The notes below the pieces were generated by a model. It worked only from the letters and a program-made list of their open reading frames with translations, did no database searches and had not been told where the DNA came from. Positions 49,985 through 59,598 of a stretch of DNA of 64,000 bases are shown in pieces. A program made the position numbers and the translations under genes. Position 1 is the stretch's first letter. Each line of letters starts with the position of its first letter. Source of the stretch: Armatimonadota bacterium (GTDB taxonomy: Bacteria; Armatimonadota; SYMT01); contig JAWLHY010000006.1 in NCBI GenBank assembly GCA_041690135.1, positions 32,001 to 96,000 on the forward strand, in the 5' to 3' direction.

Positions 49985-50286
49985 CGGGGGGGTGAGGTTA
50001 CCCTGGGTACCGTAGTCGCTAAAGTTGACGCATATACCCGCACCCCTCACCAGAAGGGAACCGGCAACGTTCTGGCCAACAGGATCTCGCGATGTCGCCG
50101 CCGTTCTCCATCCGCGGACCATCTGAGGAATAACCCGGATACGGGTGACGGCCGAGCGGATCGGCTCGCATTCCGATCCGAGCCGATCCGCGAACTCGAA
50201 CCCACCCAAACCAACCCTCGGCTCGGCGACGCGCGCTCGGACGCTCGCGTCTCCGCAAGACAGTAAACAGAAAGAATCCGGGACCC

Positions 50287-50544
50287 ATGAACTTCAAAGC
50301 CATTCTCGAGAAGTGCAAAGGCGAGACGGTGGTCGTGAACAACTCCGAGGAGCGTACGCTCGTCGACGTCGCCGACGACTTCATCGTGTTGCAGGGCGGC
50401 AACACACAGATGAAGATCATCGACTTCATCCCCTTCAACGCCATCGTCAAGGTCATCCGGGCCGAATACGCAACCGGCTCCCATTCGATTTCGCTGGACC
50501 TGACCATGTCGGCTGGAGACCAGCGGCGCTCGGGCGGCCACTAG
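50287..50544 (+). CDS. small hypothetical beta-rich protein
   Basis: Strong GC3 codon bias; 15 nt upstream of the nucleotidyltransferase gene. Confidence 0.78.
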   Translation: MNFKAILEKCKGETVVVNNSEERTLVDVADDFIVLQGGNTQMKIIDFIPFNAIVKVIRAEYATGSHSISLDLTMSAGDQRRSGGH

Positions 50545-50559
50545 GGCTATTCCGGCTGC

Positions 50560-51333
50560 ATGGACGTCGTAATCCTCGCCGGCGGCGAGTTGGAGGTCGA
50601 GCGGTTCCAGGGTCTGGAACCGCTCGTGCCGTACAAGGCGGCCGTGCCGATCCTGGGGCGGCCGATGGTGGAATGGGTGATCGTGGCCGCCCGCAGTTGC
50701 CCGACGGTCGCCCGAATCCGCGTAGTGACCTATCCCGAACTGCAAAGTCCGGAATGGGAGGAGCTTGAGGCGACCCTGGTTCCGCAAGTGGGAAGTATCG
50801 CCGGCAACCTCCGCGCCGGGCTGGAGGCACTCCCGGATGCGGACCGGGTACTGGTGCTCTCGGGCGACCTCCCCCTGGTGACGCGCGAAGCCCTGGAAAA
50901 CCTGCTCGCCCACGCTCCGGATGCCGATGTCGTTTTTCCTTATGTAGAACGGCGGGATGTACTTCGGGCCTTTCCGGACCGGGAGTGGATCTTTTCGGAA
51001 ACTCCCGAGGGCGCGTTCACGGGCAGCGCGGTCGGCCTGTGCCGTCCCCAGGCGCTTCTTGAGCACTGGCGCTGGGTGGAAGACCTTCTGGAAGCCCGGC
51101 GCAAGAAGCCGCTCGAGCTGGCGGCGATGTTCGGGCTCCCCTTCCTGCTGAAACTCTTCTTCCGGCGTCTCCGCGTACGGGACATCGAGGCGAAGCTCTC
51201 CCATCTCATCCACATCACCGGCCGCGGTTATCAGTCGCCGCATGCTGAACTCGCGATGGACGTGGACAAATTTTCCGATATCGCGTTTGTCGAGGGTGTG
51301 TTGGCCGGCCGCGAGCGACTCCCCAACGTTTGA
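50560..51333 (+). CDS. MobA-like NTP transferase (GT-A fold nucleotidyltransferase)
   Basis: VVILAGG, KAAVPILGRPMVEWV, LSGDLPLV, MDVDK. Confidence 0.9.
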   Translation: MDVVILAGGELEVERFQGLEPLVPYKAAVPILGRPMVEWVIVAARSCPTVARIRVVTYPELQSPEWEELEATLVPQVGSIAGNLRAGLEALPDADRVLVLSGDLPLVTREALENLLAHAPDADVVFPYVERRDVLRAFPDREWIFSETPEGAFTGSAVGLCRPQALLEHWRWVEDLLEARRKKPLELAAMFGLPFLLKLFFRRLRVRDIEAKLSHLIHITGRGYQSPHAELAMDVDKFSDIAFVEGVLAGRERLPNV

Positions 51334-51403
51334 ACCGGCACACTCCCGGAAACCATCGGACCAAAGGCCACCAAGAGCCTGGAACGAAATGGGAACGGGA
51401 GAG

Positions 51404-52054
51404 ATGGAACGCAAAGAAGGTTGGGAGTACGGAAATCATGGTCCGGACGATCCGGGCAATGCTACGCTCGTCGACACGGTTACCCCCTATGATCCCACCC
51501 TCCAGTGGGAAACGCTCCGCGAGCCGACCATAGCCTGGACGGCCCAAACGGTAGAGGAGCCCACCCCCTACTGGCGCCACGGGTTGGCCGTGGCCGGCGT
51601 GTTGGCGGCCGTAACCGCGGGGTTCTTCCTAGGGCGGGGTGCCACGGCGCCGGAAAAGGCGCCGCTACCGAACGTACCGCAGAGCAGCGCCGCAGCTCCG
51701 GTCCCCACCGGACCCGCGCCGTCGGTCCCGGTAGTGCTGCCGCAGCCGCCGGACTTACCGCCAGCGATTTCGCCGGCGCCGAGTTTGCAGGCTCGCTCCT
51801 ATTCGCTGCCCGCGCCGCCACCGCATATGGCAGCGCCGGCTCCGCAGCGAAGGATGCCTCCGCCACCGGCGACGGTCGCACGACGCGCGGTCCCGCCACA
51901 GAGTAAGCCGCAAACGGCGCAGCACCCGGTTCGCCCCGAGGCCCCAATGCCGCCGCCCGTCCATCTGTACGGCGTGCGCCGCCCGGAGACGCCTCGGGTG
52001 GTGGCGTCGTGGCAGGCCCGGTTGCCCTCTGTGGAGACCTCCCGGAGCTTCTAA
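51404..52054 (+). CDS. single-TM proline-rich hypothetical protein
   Basis: One TM (LAVAGVLAAVTAGFFLG) followed by a P/A-rich region; GGGAGAG upstream. Confidence 0.65.
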   Translation: MERKEGWEYGNHGPDDPGNATLVDTVTPYDPTLQWETLREPTIAWTAQTVEEPTPYWRHGLAVAGVLAAVTAGFFLGRGATAPEKAPLPNVPQSSAAAPVPTGPAPSVPVVLPQPPDLPPAISPAPSLQARSYSLPAPPPHMAAPAPQRRMPPPPATVARRAVPPQSKPQTAQHPVRPEAPMPPPVHLYGVRRPETPRVVASWQARLPSVETSRSF

Positions 52055-52078
52055 CGACCACCGACGGAACTGGTACTG

Positions 52079-52118
52079 GTCAGAGTGGCTGCCTGGATCG
52101 AAAGCCAGCCACTCTGAC
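52079..52118 (+). terminator. hairpin downstream of the operon, terminator-like
   Basis: GTCAGAGTGGCTG / CAGCCACTCTGAC 13-bp stem. Confidence 0.55.
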
Positions 52119-52206
52119 TTGCGGGAAAGTAGTATGAACCACTGCGGGGTTCAGTAGGCAGAGATTCCGGTTGAACGCTCCTCTACTCTGCGTACGGTCG
52201 GTTCCG

Positions 52207-52274
52207 AGTCCGCGAAGGTTTACGTCCCGTGGGAGTGCGGACTTCGTTCAGCCGGCCACGGGTTTCAACCCGTG
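52207..52274. repeat. REP-like double hairpin
   Basis: AGTCCGC...GCGGACT followed by CACGGG-TTTCAA-CCCGTG. Confidence 0.5.
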
Positions 52275-52377
52275 CAAGAGTCGGTCACGAGCGCCCGCCT
52301 TTGTCGGCTGGGAACAACGGAACAGTTATTCCTGACCAGTTCCTGACCCGGCATAGCGGGAAGCAAGAGGGAAACGG

Positions 52378-52634
52378 CGTCATTGCGAAGGAGCCTTAGC
52401 GACTGCGGCAATCCCCCTGCCTTCCGCGCCGCCGCCTTTGCCAGCATACGCAGCTATTGCAGTCTTTACTGCGGAACTCCGGGACCGGAGGGCGGCCTCC
52501 GGGGGTCGAGACCCGCTGCGGTCACCAGGGGGATTGCCGCGCCCCGCAATGGCCGAACCTCGCACCCGACAGCAACACCCGCCAAAGCACGGCACGCGTA
52601 CCTACCGACGGGCCGGTCAGGGCTCGCAATGACG
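52378..52634. repeat. nested palindromic element (RPE-like, GTCATTGCGA...TCGCAATGAC)
   Basis: 11-bp outer IR (52378-52388 / 52624-52634) and 15-bp inner IR (52405-52419 / 52526-52540). Confidence 0.7.
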
Positions 52635-52836
52635 TGCGTTGGCTTTCTGAAGCTACGCCATTGGTGCGCGTTTTGCGCAGAAGTGCACTGGTAAGAGACT
52701 AATCACCCCGGAAAGGATCGCGTTACCCCTCGCAGTATTCCGACGTCCTTCTCCATAACCCGGGCGCCAGGGGCGGGCGCAAACGCCGCCAGCCACCCTG
52801 GCGCCGGTATTCGGGAATACCCACAGGAAGACAGGG

Positions 52837-53934
52837 ATGAAGACCTCCCGGCCGCGAGACGGCAACAAGCGCAATCCCCTTGGGAAAAAGATCCGCCGCG
52901 GGATCGCTGCCCTGGTGGTCGCGGCGGCGCTCGCGACCTACCTCTTCCATTACTTCTGGCTGGAGATGCCGATGGGCAGCGGACCTGCCGGCCCCGCGGT
53001 GGACCGGGAAGCCTTCGCCACCCCCTGGTCGGATCGTCCTGTGCTCCTGCTCGGCTTGGGGGATAGCGTTACCGCCGGGTACGGCGCCTCGCCGGGATTG
53101 AGCTACTTCGATCGGTTGGCGGCAAATCCGCCGGGAGAGTTTCCGGAGATGCAGGGAATCTGCCTGCGGGCCGTGCTGCCGAGCCTGCGGGCCGAGAATC
53201 GGTCGATCTCCGGCAGCACCTCCCTGGAGCACTGGGACCGCCAGGTGCGCAAACTGCCGGAGTATCCCCGCGACACCTGGGGCGTGGTCGTCCTGACCAC
53301 CGGGGGCAACGACATCATCCACGACTACGGACGAAGTGCCCCGCGCGAAGGGGCCATGTTCGGTGCATCGATCGCGCAGGCAAAACCCTGGATCGCCAAC
53401 TTCGAGAGCCGCCTGGAGCGGATGCTGGAGCGCATCGGGCAGAGCTTTCCCGGCGGCTGCGACATCTTCCTGGCGAACATCTACGATCCCACGGACGGCG
53501 TGGGCGTGGCGGGCACCGTGGGACTGCCGGCCTGGAAGGATGGCATGGCGATCCACCGCGAGTACAACGAGGTGATTCTCCGGGTCGCCGAGCGGAGCGA
53601 GTGGGTGCACCTGGTGGATATCCACGGCCCCATGCTGGGGCACGGCATCCACAGCCGCCAGTTCTGGCGCAAGCACTACCATCCGCAAGACCCGCACTAC
53701 TGGTTCTACGACAACTTCGAGGACCCGAACGACCGGGGTTACGACGCCATCCGCCGCCTCTTCCTGAACGGGATGGCGGAGGTGCTGCCCAAGAGCCTCA
53801 ACGGGGGAATGGCGCGGGCTCCGGCGGAAAATGACCGAACCGGTCCTCACCGCGCAGCAGGATCGCCCGCCAGGGACGCTTCATGGAATTCCCGGTCACC
53901 ACGCGTACGTGCGGCGGCACATACCGGATCGTGA
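52837..53934 (+). CDS. SGNH/GDSL hydrolase, membrane-anchored
   Basis: LGDSVTAG, SISGS, TTGGND, EDPNDRGY; N-terminal TM. Confidence 0.85.
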   Translation: MKTSRPRDGNKRNPLGKKIRRGIAALVVAAALATYLFHYFWLEMPMGSGPAGPAVDREAFATPWSDRPVLLLGLGDSVTAGYGASPGLSYFDRLAANPPGEFPEMQGICLRAVLPSLRAENRSISGSTSLEHWDRQVRKLPEYPRDTWGVVVLTTGGNDIIHDYGRSAPREGAMFGASIAQAKPWIANFESRLERMLERIGQSFPGGCDIFLANIYDPTDGVGVAGTVGLPAWKDGMAIHREYNEVILRVAERSEWVHLVDIHGPMLGHGIHSRQFWRKHYHPQDPHYWFYDNFEDPNDRGYDAIRRLFLNGMAEVLPKSLNGGMARAPAENDRTGPHRAAGSPARDASWNSRSPRVRAAAHTGS

Positions 53935-54592
53935 GCCCGCAGCGCCGCCGGGAGGAGCGGTTCGGGTTGCTGCCGTGGATCAACATTCCATGATGCAGGG
54001 AAATCTCCCCCGCCTTCAAGCAGAGATCGACCGCACGCGCCTCTTCTTCCGGGCTGACGGGGACTTCCTGATTGATGCTGAGGAGATTGCCCTCTCGCTG
54101 GGAGGTTGCGTGCTCGCGCAGCCCGGTGTGGGTGCCGGGAATGACACGCATGCAGCCGTTCGCGGTATCGCTGTCGTCCACGGCGTACCACGCGGTCAGC
54201 GCGTAGGGCGGCTCGAGGCCCCAGTAGGTGACGTCCTGGTGCCACGCCACAAACCGTTCCCGGGTTCCTTCCGCGGCACCCTCCCTCGCCGGCCCCTCGG
54301 CACTCGCGGGCGAAGGGTACTTGCAGAAGAAGTGGGTCGCCAGGAGAAGGATGTCGGGCCCCATCACGGTCTCGACCGCATCCAGGATGGCGGGGTGGGT
54401 GGCGAGCTCCCAGACGAACTGCTGATCGAAGTGGCGGTCCACCAGCCCAATCTGGCAGCGCTCGCGACCTTCCGCAGCTTCCAGCACGTCGAACTGGGCG
54501 CGCACCTTCGCCCCACTCTCTCCCATGTGCACGGGGACGCGGTGTAGGTAGCCGTCACGCTCGAAGGCCGCCGCGATCAAATGCCGGTCCAT
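53798..54592 (-). CDS. phytanoyl-CoA dioxygenase (PhyH) family protein
   Basis: WHQDVTYW, NGCMRVIPGTH, IHGSNPN.S.RRRCGL. Confidence 0.92.
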   Translation of the reverse strand: MDRHLIAAAFERDGYLHRVPVHMGESGAKVRAQFDVLEAAEGRERCQIGLVDRHFDQQFVWELATHPAILDAVETVMGPDILLLATHFFCKYPSPASAEGPAREGAAEGTRERFVAWHQDVTYWGLEPPYALTAWYAVDDSDTANGCMRVIPGTHTGLREHATSQREGNLLSINQEVPVSPEEEARAVDLCLKAGEISLHHGMLIHGSNPNRSSRRRCGLTIRYVPPHVRVVTGNSMKRPWRAILLRGEDRFGHFPPEPAPFPR

Positions 54593-54831
54593 TGGGATCG
54601 TCTCCTCGGTGGAATTCGTGGTAACCGGCACGCAGGCAGAGGCGTCAATCGCCTATAGAGGTATGGGGAGGTTCGCTGCCGGGTACACACTTTATGGAGG
54701 TGCAAAACACCTCTCCTGCCGTATCACATGCGTATTAAGCGGTTCCGTGTCTCTGCTGCGCATTCCTTGGAAGAATCGACCTCTTGCATTCGAGGTCTTG
54801 CCTCTTCATAGATGGATTGGGAGAACAGGTA

Positions 54832-57800
54832 ATGAGCGTTCGGGTGGCTCCCACCTTTAAAAACTGGATCATCGTGTTGTCCGCGTCCGGCACGATGACC
54901 CTCCTCGGGCATCCGGGGCAAAGCGCCCCCGCGGCGAAGCGCCCGCCGGTGAAGCGTGCACCGGTGAACAAGGCGGTCGTTCCGGCCAAACAGCACACCA
55001 AAGCCCCGGCGCCCGGCGCCGCCGTTAGCCCAACCAACCAACGCCCCTCGCTGCCGGGAGCGCCGGCGCCGGTGGTCCGGTTGGAAGATTACCCGCCGCC
55101 GAGCAGCGAGATCATGAAGGTCTCCGACGTGCGGGCGGGGATGAAGGGGTACGGCCTCACCGTTTTCCGTGGGACCAAAATCGAGCGTTTCGGGGTCGAG
55201 GTGGTCGGCGTGATGCCGAACACCTATTTCGGCCAGCCGCTCATCCTGGTCAAGCTCCACGGGGGTCCCATCACCGAGCGCGGCGCCTTCCTGATCCAGG
55301 GGATGAGCGGCAGCCCCATCTACATCAACGGCAAGCTCCTGGGCGCCTTCTCCCAGGGCAACGCGTGGCCCAAGGACGCGCTGGGAATGGTCACGCCGAT
55401 CGAGGCGATGCAGGAAGCCCTCGATCCCAAGCTCTCCACCATCCCCGCGGGCATCACCGCCGCCGATCTGGTAGACCCCGCGCCGGCAAAGAGTGATGTC
55501 GCGACTGGCGACCCGTTTACCACGCCGCTGTTCCGTTCTCCGCTTTCGAATCTGGACCCGATCGCCGTCGGCGGGCAGAGCTTCCGGCCGATGGCGCTGC
55601 CGGTGACGGTGAGCGGCCTCTCGGGCCGAAATCTCGACCGGGTATCCAAGATCCTGCAACCGCTCAATATGTCGGTGATGCAGGGCCCCGGCGGTATGGG
55701 GGAGCAGGTCAAGGCGGAGCTGGTTCCGGGCGCGGCGATCGGGGTTGCGCTGATGACCGGCGACATCGACATGACCGCCATCGGCACGGTGACCTACCGC
55801 GAAGGGAACAAGCTGCTGGCCTTCGGGCACCCGATGATGCAGCTCGGCGCCACCCAGTTCCCGATCACTACGGCCTGGATCCACGACGTCTTCTCCGGCT
55901 TCCAGATCTCCCACAAGATCGGTTCCGCCGGCCAGATCTGCGGCACCCTCACGCAGGACCGGCCCTTCTCCATCGCCGGCCAGCTCGGGGCTGCCCCGCC
56001 GATGATCCCGGTGCGCTACCACGTTTCCGATAAAACGACCGGTCGGAGCCGCACCTACAACGTCCAGGCGGCCAACCATCCTCTTCTGGTCAGCCAGCTC
56101 CTCCCCATCGCCGTCAACCAGGGTCTCTTCAACCTCCGGCCCGTTCCGGGGGACGCCGTGGCCCACGTGAAGATGAAGCTGGAGACGGAAGGCGCAGGTA
56201 CGATCACACGGGAGAATATCGTTTACGATCCCGGCGCGATCGACGTGGCCGCCGTCCAGGAACTCCTGGAAGTGATGCGGACGCTGAGCACCAACTCGTT
56301 CCGGCGAGTACCGGTGAAGAAGCTCGACATGGAGATCACGATCGAGGACAAGCGCCCAACCGCCGTCATCGACCGGATCTACCTCCCGCGGGACAAGTTC
56401 GAACCGGGCGAGGAAGTGGAAGTCGGCGTGGCCGTGCGCCCCTACCGCAAGGACCCGGTGATCACCAAGACGAAGATCCGGATCCCGCAGAACGCGACCA
56501 ACGGCCGCGCGATGCTGCTGGTGCAGGGCGGCGCCACCCGCGTGGTGCTGAACACGCAGATGCCCACGGGCACCACTGGAGCCATGCCCACCCCGGCGCC
56601 GGACGCCAGCCTCCGCCAGGTCCTCAAGAAGTTCATGGACCGCGAGCGCAACGACCAGATCGTGGTGCGCCTGGTCTTCCCCTCGACTGCGGTAAACGTG
56701 AACGGCGAGCGGATCTCGCAGCTCCCTTCCTCGCTGGTCGAAGTAATGAAGAGCTCCAAGACCACCGGCTTCCGCCTGGAGCGGGATGAAGCGAAGGTGC
56801 TGGAGAACTCCGATTACATCGTCACCGGCCTCCAGACCCTCCCCATCACCGTGCAAAAGGAAGACCGGCTGGAGAAGCCCAAGTCCGGCAACTCCAGCAC
56901 CTCCACCACGGGTGGCATCAGCGTGGGCGGCACTACGGCCGGCAACCTTTCCACCGGCGGCGACTACGAAGATCTCTCCACCGGCGTGCTGCGCCTGACC
57001 GTAGACGGCCAGCCGCGTGCCATCCGCCTCTTCACGCCCGAAGAAGAAGAGGAAGAGGAAGCTCCGAAGGCTGAGGACAAGAAGGAGCGGAAGAAGGCCG
57101 AGAAGCCGGAGAAGAGGGAGCCCAAGGGGGCGAAGTCCGCGGCAAGCGGCAAAGGCAAGAGCGGGCAGAAGAGCACACCGGTATCCGCCGCGGCCAAGAC
57201 GGACGCCGAGGATGAAAAGCCAAATGCTCCCACTACCGCAACCGCCTCCGCCACGGACGATAAGCTGGTGGCCCGGGCCGCCACGGCCTGGACCCAGACC
57301 AGCCAGGCCGACTTCGAGCGCGGCACCCTGAAGGGGACCGCCGTCACCACCAACGGCGACGTGCGGATGGCGCCCAGCCTTAGCCAGTCCTACGAGTCGA
57401 ACGAGCAGTTCGTCTGGAGCGTGGTTGCGCTGAAGGGCGCGCTCTACGCCGGCACCGGCAACGGCGGCCAGGTCCTCAAGATCACCGGCAAGAACCAGGG
57501 GACCGTCTTCTGCCGCACGGGTGAGCTCCAGGTCCACGCCCTGACCAAGGACAAGGCCGGCAATCTCTACGCCGGCACCAGCCCGAACGGGAAGATCCTG
57601 AAGATCGGCGCGGACGGCAAGGCGACCGAGCTGTTCTCCATGAACGGCAATGAGGCCGCCTCCGATGCCGGCAGCAAGTTCGTCCTGAGCTTGGTGACGG
57701 CGGACGACGGCACCCTTTACGCCGGCACCGGCCCGGACGGCAAGATCTACCGGATGGCTCCCGGCGGCGCCGTGCAGGAGTTTGCCAGCGTGCCGAAGCA

Positions 57801-59418
57801 GTCCGTGACGGCCCTGGCGCTGGGCGCGGACGGAACCCTCTATGCGGGCACCGCCGAAGACGGCAGCGTCTACCGCATCACCCCGGACGGGCGCGCGGCG
57901 ATGCTCTACGACACGGACCAGGCGGTGATCACCGGGCTCGCGATCGACGGCGAGCGCAACGTCTTCGCGGCCACTTCCCCCGCCGGGCAGATCGTGAAGA
58001 TCGACCCGACCGGCACGCCGAAGGTCTTCTTCAGCAAGAACAAGAGCGCGGCGTATGGACTGCTGATCGACCGCGGCGGCAACCTCTACACCGCCAACGC
58101 CAGCTCCATCCTGCGGGTGGAGCCGGACGGGGACGCGATCCTTCTCACGGATAAGCAGGACGCGCTGTTCACCTGCCTGGCGTGGGACGAGGAAGGCCGC
58201 ATCGCCGCCGGCAGCGCCAACGTGGGCGGCCTCTATCGACTGGGACCGACCACTGAAGGGGAGTTCCAGTCGTCCGTCCACGACGCGAAGCTGCCGGCCC
58301 GCTGGGGACGCATCCGCTACTCCGGCGCGCTTCCGGAAGGCGGCACGCTGAAGTTCCAGACCCGCAGCGGCAACAGCCCGGACCCGGACGCCACCTGGAG
58401 CGCCTGGCAGGACCCTACAGTCCGCGAGTCCAGCGTCTATGTGGCCAGCCCCGCCGCGCGCTTCCTTCAGTATCGCGTGCTCTTCAGCGCCACTTCGGGA
58501 ATGCCGACGCTGCGCGACGTGACCATCTACTACCTGCCCCGCAACCAGGCCCCGCGCCTGACGCTGGCGGTGCCGCAGGGTGGCGAGATCATCCGCGGCA
58601 CCAAGGAGCTGAAGTGGGCCGCCGCCGATCCCGACAAGGACACGCTCACCTACGAGCTCGCCTACAGCGCGGACAACGGGCGCACCTGGAAGCCCGTGGG
58701 GCAGAAGGCGGTGACGGAGAAGGCGGCCACGCCCGCCACCACCGAGAAGGGGAATGACCCCGCTAGCGGTCCCACCCGGGCCTCCGCCGAGGAAGCGTTG
58801 AAGCGCTACCGCGACCTGCTGGACAAGGACGACAAGCTCACCCCGCAGCAAAAGGAGGAGAGCTTCACTCGCGCCAAGGGCCTGGTGGAGAAGTACTTCC
58901 AGAACAACCCCGAGGGTGAGGTAACGGCCGCGGCTCCCAAAGTGGAGCCCAAGGCCGCGGCTTCGAGCCGGCCCACCGGCACCACCCGCGAGGCGACCTT
59001 CAAGTGGGACACCACCCAGGTACCGGACGGGATCTACATGCTGCGGATCACCGCGACCGACAAAGCGAGCAATCCCGGTGAGCCCCAAGCGGACGTGAAA
59101 GTCACCGAGCCGTTCATCGTGGCCAACACCCCGCCGCAGGTGTTCGTGTTCGAGCGCGGGATCACGGTGGATGCCCAGAAGCAGGCCAGCGTCGTCGGGT
59201 TCTCCAGCGGCCGGGTCACGCTCAAGGGCGCCCAGTACCGCGTGGGCGACGGCGATTGGAGCGCCATCGAGCCGGAAGACGGCATCTGGGACAGCGCCGC
59301 CGAGCACTTCCGGTTCGTCATCCCCGCACTGCCTTCCGGCGAGAAAACGCTGGAGGTCAAGGTGGTGGATGTCGCCGGCAACTCGCAGCTCAGCAAGGTG
59401 AAGTTCACCGTGCCGTAG
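54832..59418 (+). CDS. large exported SpoIVB/S55-type peptidase fused to beta-propeller and Ig/FN3-like domains
   Basis: GMKGYGLTVF.G, QGMSGSPIYINGKLLGA, AIGTVT..LLAFGHP; LYAGT repeats; C-terminal beta-sandwich motifs. Confidence 0.88.
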   Translation: MSVRVAPTFKNWIIVLSASGTMTLLGHPGQSAPAAKRPPVKRAPVNKAVVPAKQHTKAPAPGAAVSPTNQRPSLPGAPAPVVRLEDYPPPSSEIMKVSDVRAGMKGYGLTVFRGTKIERFGVEVVGVMPNTYFGQPLILVKLHGGPITERGAFLIQGMSGSPIYINGKLLGAFSQGNAWPKDALGMVTPIEAMQEALDPKLSTIPAGITAADLVDPAPAKSDVATGDPFTTPLFRSPLSNLDPIAVGGQSFRPMALPVTVSGLSGRNLDRVSKILQPLNMSVMQGPGGMGEQVKAELVPGAAIGVALMTGDIDMTAIGTVTYREGNKLLAFGHPMMQLGATQFPITTAWIHDVFSGFQISHKIGSAGQICGTLTQDRPFSIAGQLGAAPPMIPVRYHVSDKTTGRSRTYNVQAANHPLLVSQLLPIAVNQGLFNLRPVPGDAVAHVKMKLETEGAGTITRENIVYDPGAIDVAAVQELLEVMRTLSTNSFRRVPVKKLDMEITIEDKRPTAVIDRIYLPRDKFEPGEEVEVGVAVRPYRKDPVITKTKIRIPQNATNGRAMLLVQGGATRVVLNTQMPTGTTGAMPTPAPDASLRQVLKKFMDRERNDQIVVRLVFPSTAVNVNGERISQLPSSLVEVMKSSKTTGFRLERDEAKVLENSDYIVTGLQTLPITVQKEDRLEKPKSGNSSTSTTGGISVGGTTAGNLSTGGDYEDLSTGVLRLTVDGQPRAIRLFTPEEEEEEEAPKAEDKKERKKAEKPEKREPKGAKSAASGKGKSGQKSTPVSAAAKTDAEDEKPNAPTTATASATDDKLVARAATAWTQTSQADFERGTLKGTAVTTNGDVRMAPSLSQSYESNEQFVWSVVALKGALYAGTGNGGQVLKITGKNQGTVFCRTGELQVHALTKDKAGNLYAGTSPNGKILKIGADGKATELFSMNGNEAASDAGSKFVLSLVTADDGTLYAGTGPDGKIYRMAPGGAVQEFASVPKQSVTALALGADGTLYAGTAEDGSVYRITPDGRAAMLYDTDQAVITGLAIDGERNVFAATSPAGQIVKIDPTGTPKVFFSKNKSAAYGLLIDRGGNLYTANASSILRVEPDGDAILLTDKQDALFTCLAWDEEGRIAAGSANVGGLYRLGPTTEGEFQSSVHDAKLPARWGRIRYSGALPEGGTLKFQTRSGNSPDPDATWSAWQDPTVRESSVYVASPAARFLQYRVLFSATSGMPTLRDVTIYYLPRNQAPRLTLAVPQGGEIIRGTKELKWAAADPDKDTLTYELAYSADNGRTWKPVGQKAVTEKAATPATTEKGNDPASGPTRASAEEALKRYRDLLDKDDKLTPQQKEESFTRAKGLVEKYFQNNPEGEVTAAAPKVEPKAAASSRPTGTTREATFKWDTTQVPDGIYMLRITATDKASNPGEPQADVKVTEPFIVANTPPQVFVFERGITVDAQKQASVVGFSSGRVTLKGAQYRVGDGDWSAIEPEDGIWDSAAEHFRFVIPALPSGEKTLEVKVVDVAGNSQLSKVKFTVP

Positions 59419-59465
59419 CGCCGCGAGCCCCCAACCCATAAGCACACCCCTCCGGGGTGCGTTCC

Positions 59466-59499
59466 GGAAGGCCGGGCTCCCACGAGCCCGGCCTTTCTT
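59466..59499 (+). terminator. intrinsic terminator
   Basis: GGAAGGCCGGGCTC-CCAC-GAGCCCGGCCTTTC. Confidence 0.7.
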
Positions 59500-59598
59500 C
59501 GTAAGATACCCGGTCACGGCAGGACTGTCCCTCCCGACCGTGCAACTGTCTGCCGGATCCGGCCGTTGCCGGCACAGACCCGGAGAGACAGCTTTACC

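Noticed and set aside
50850-50860. ACTGGTGCTCT match to the integrase repeat
   Set aside because: An 11-mer inside a coding region, expected by chance.
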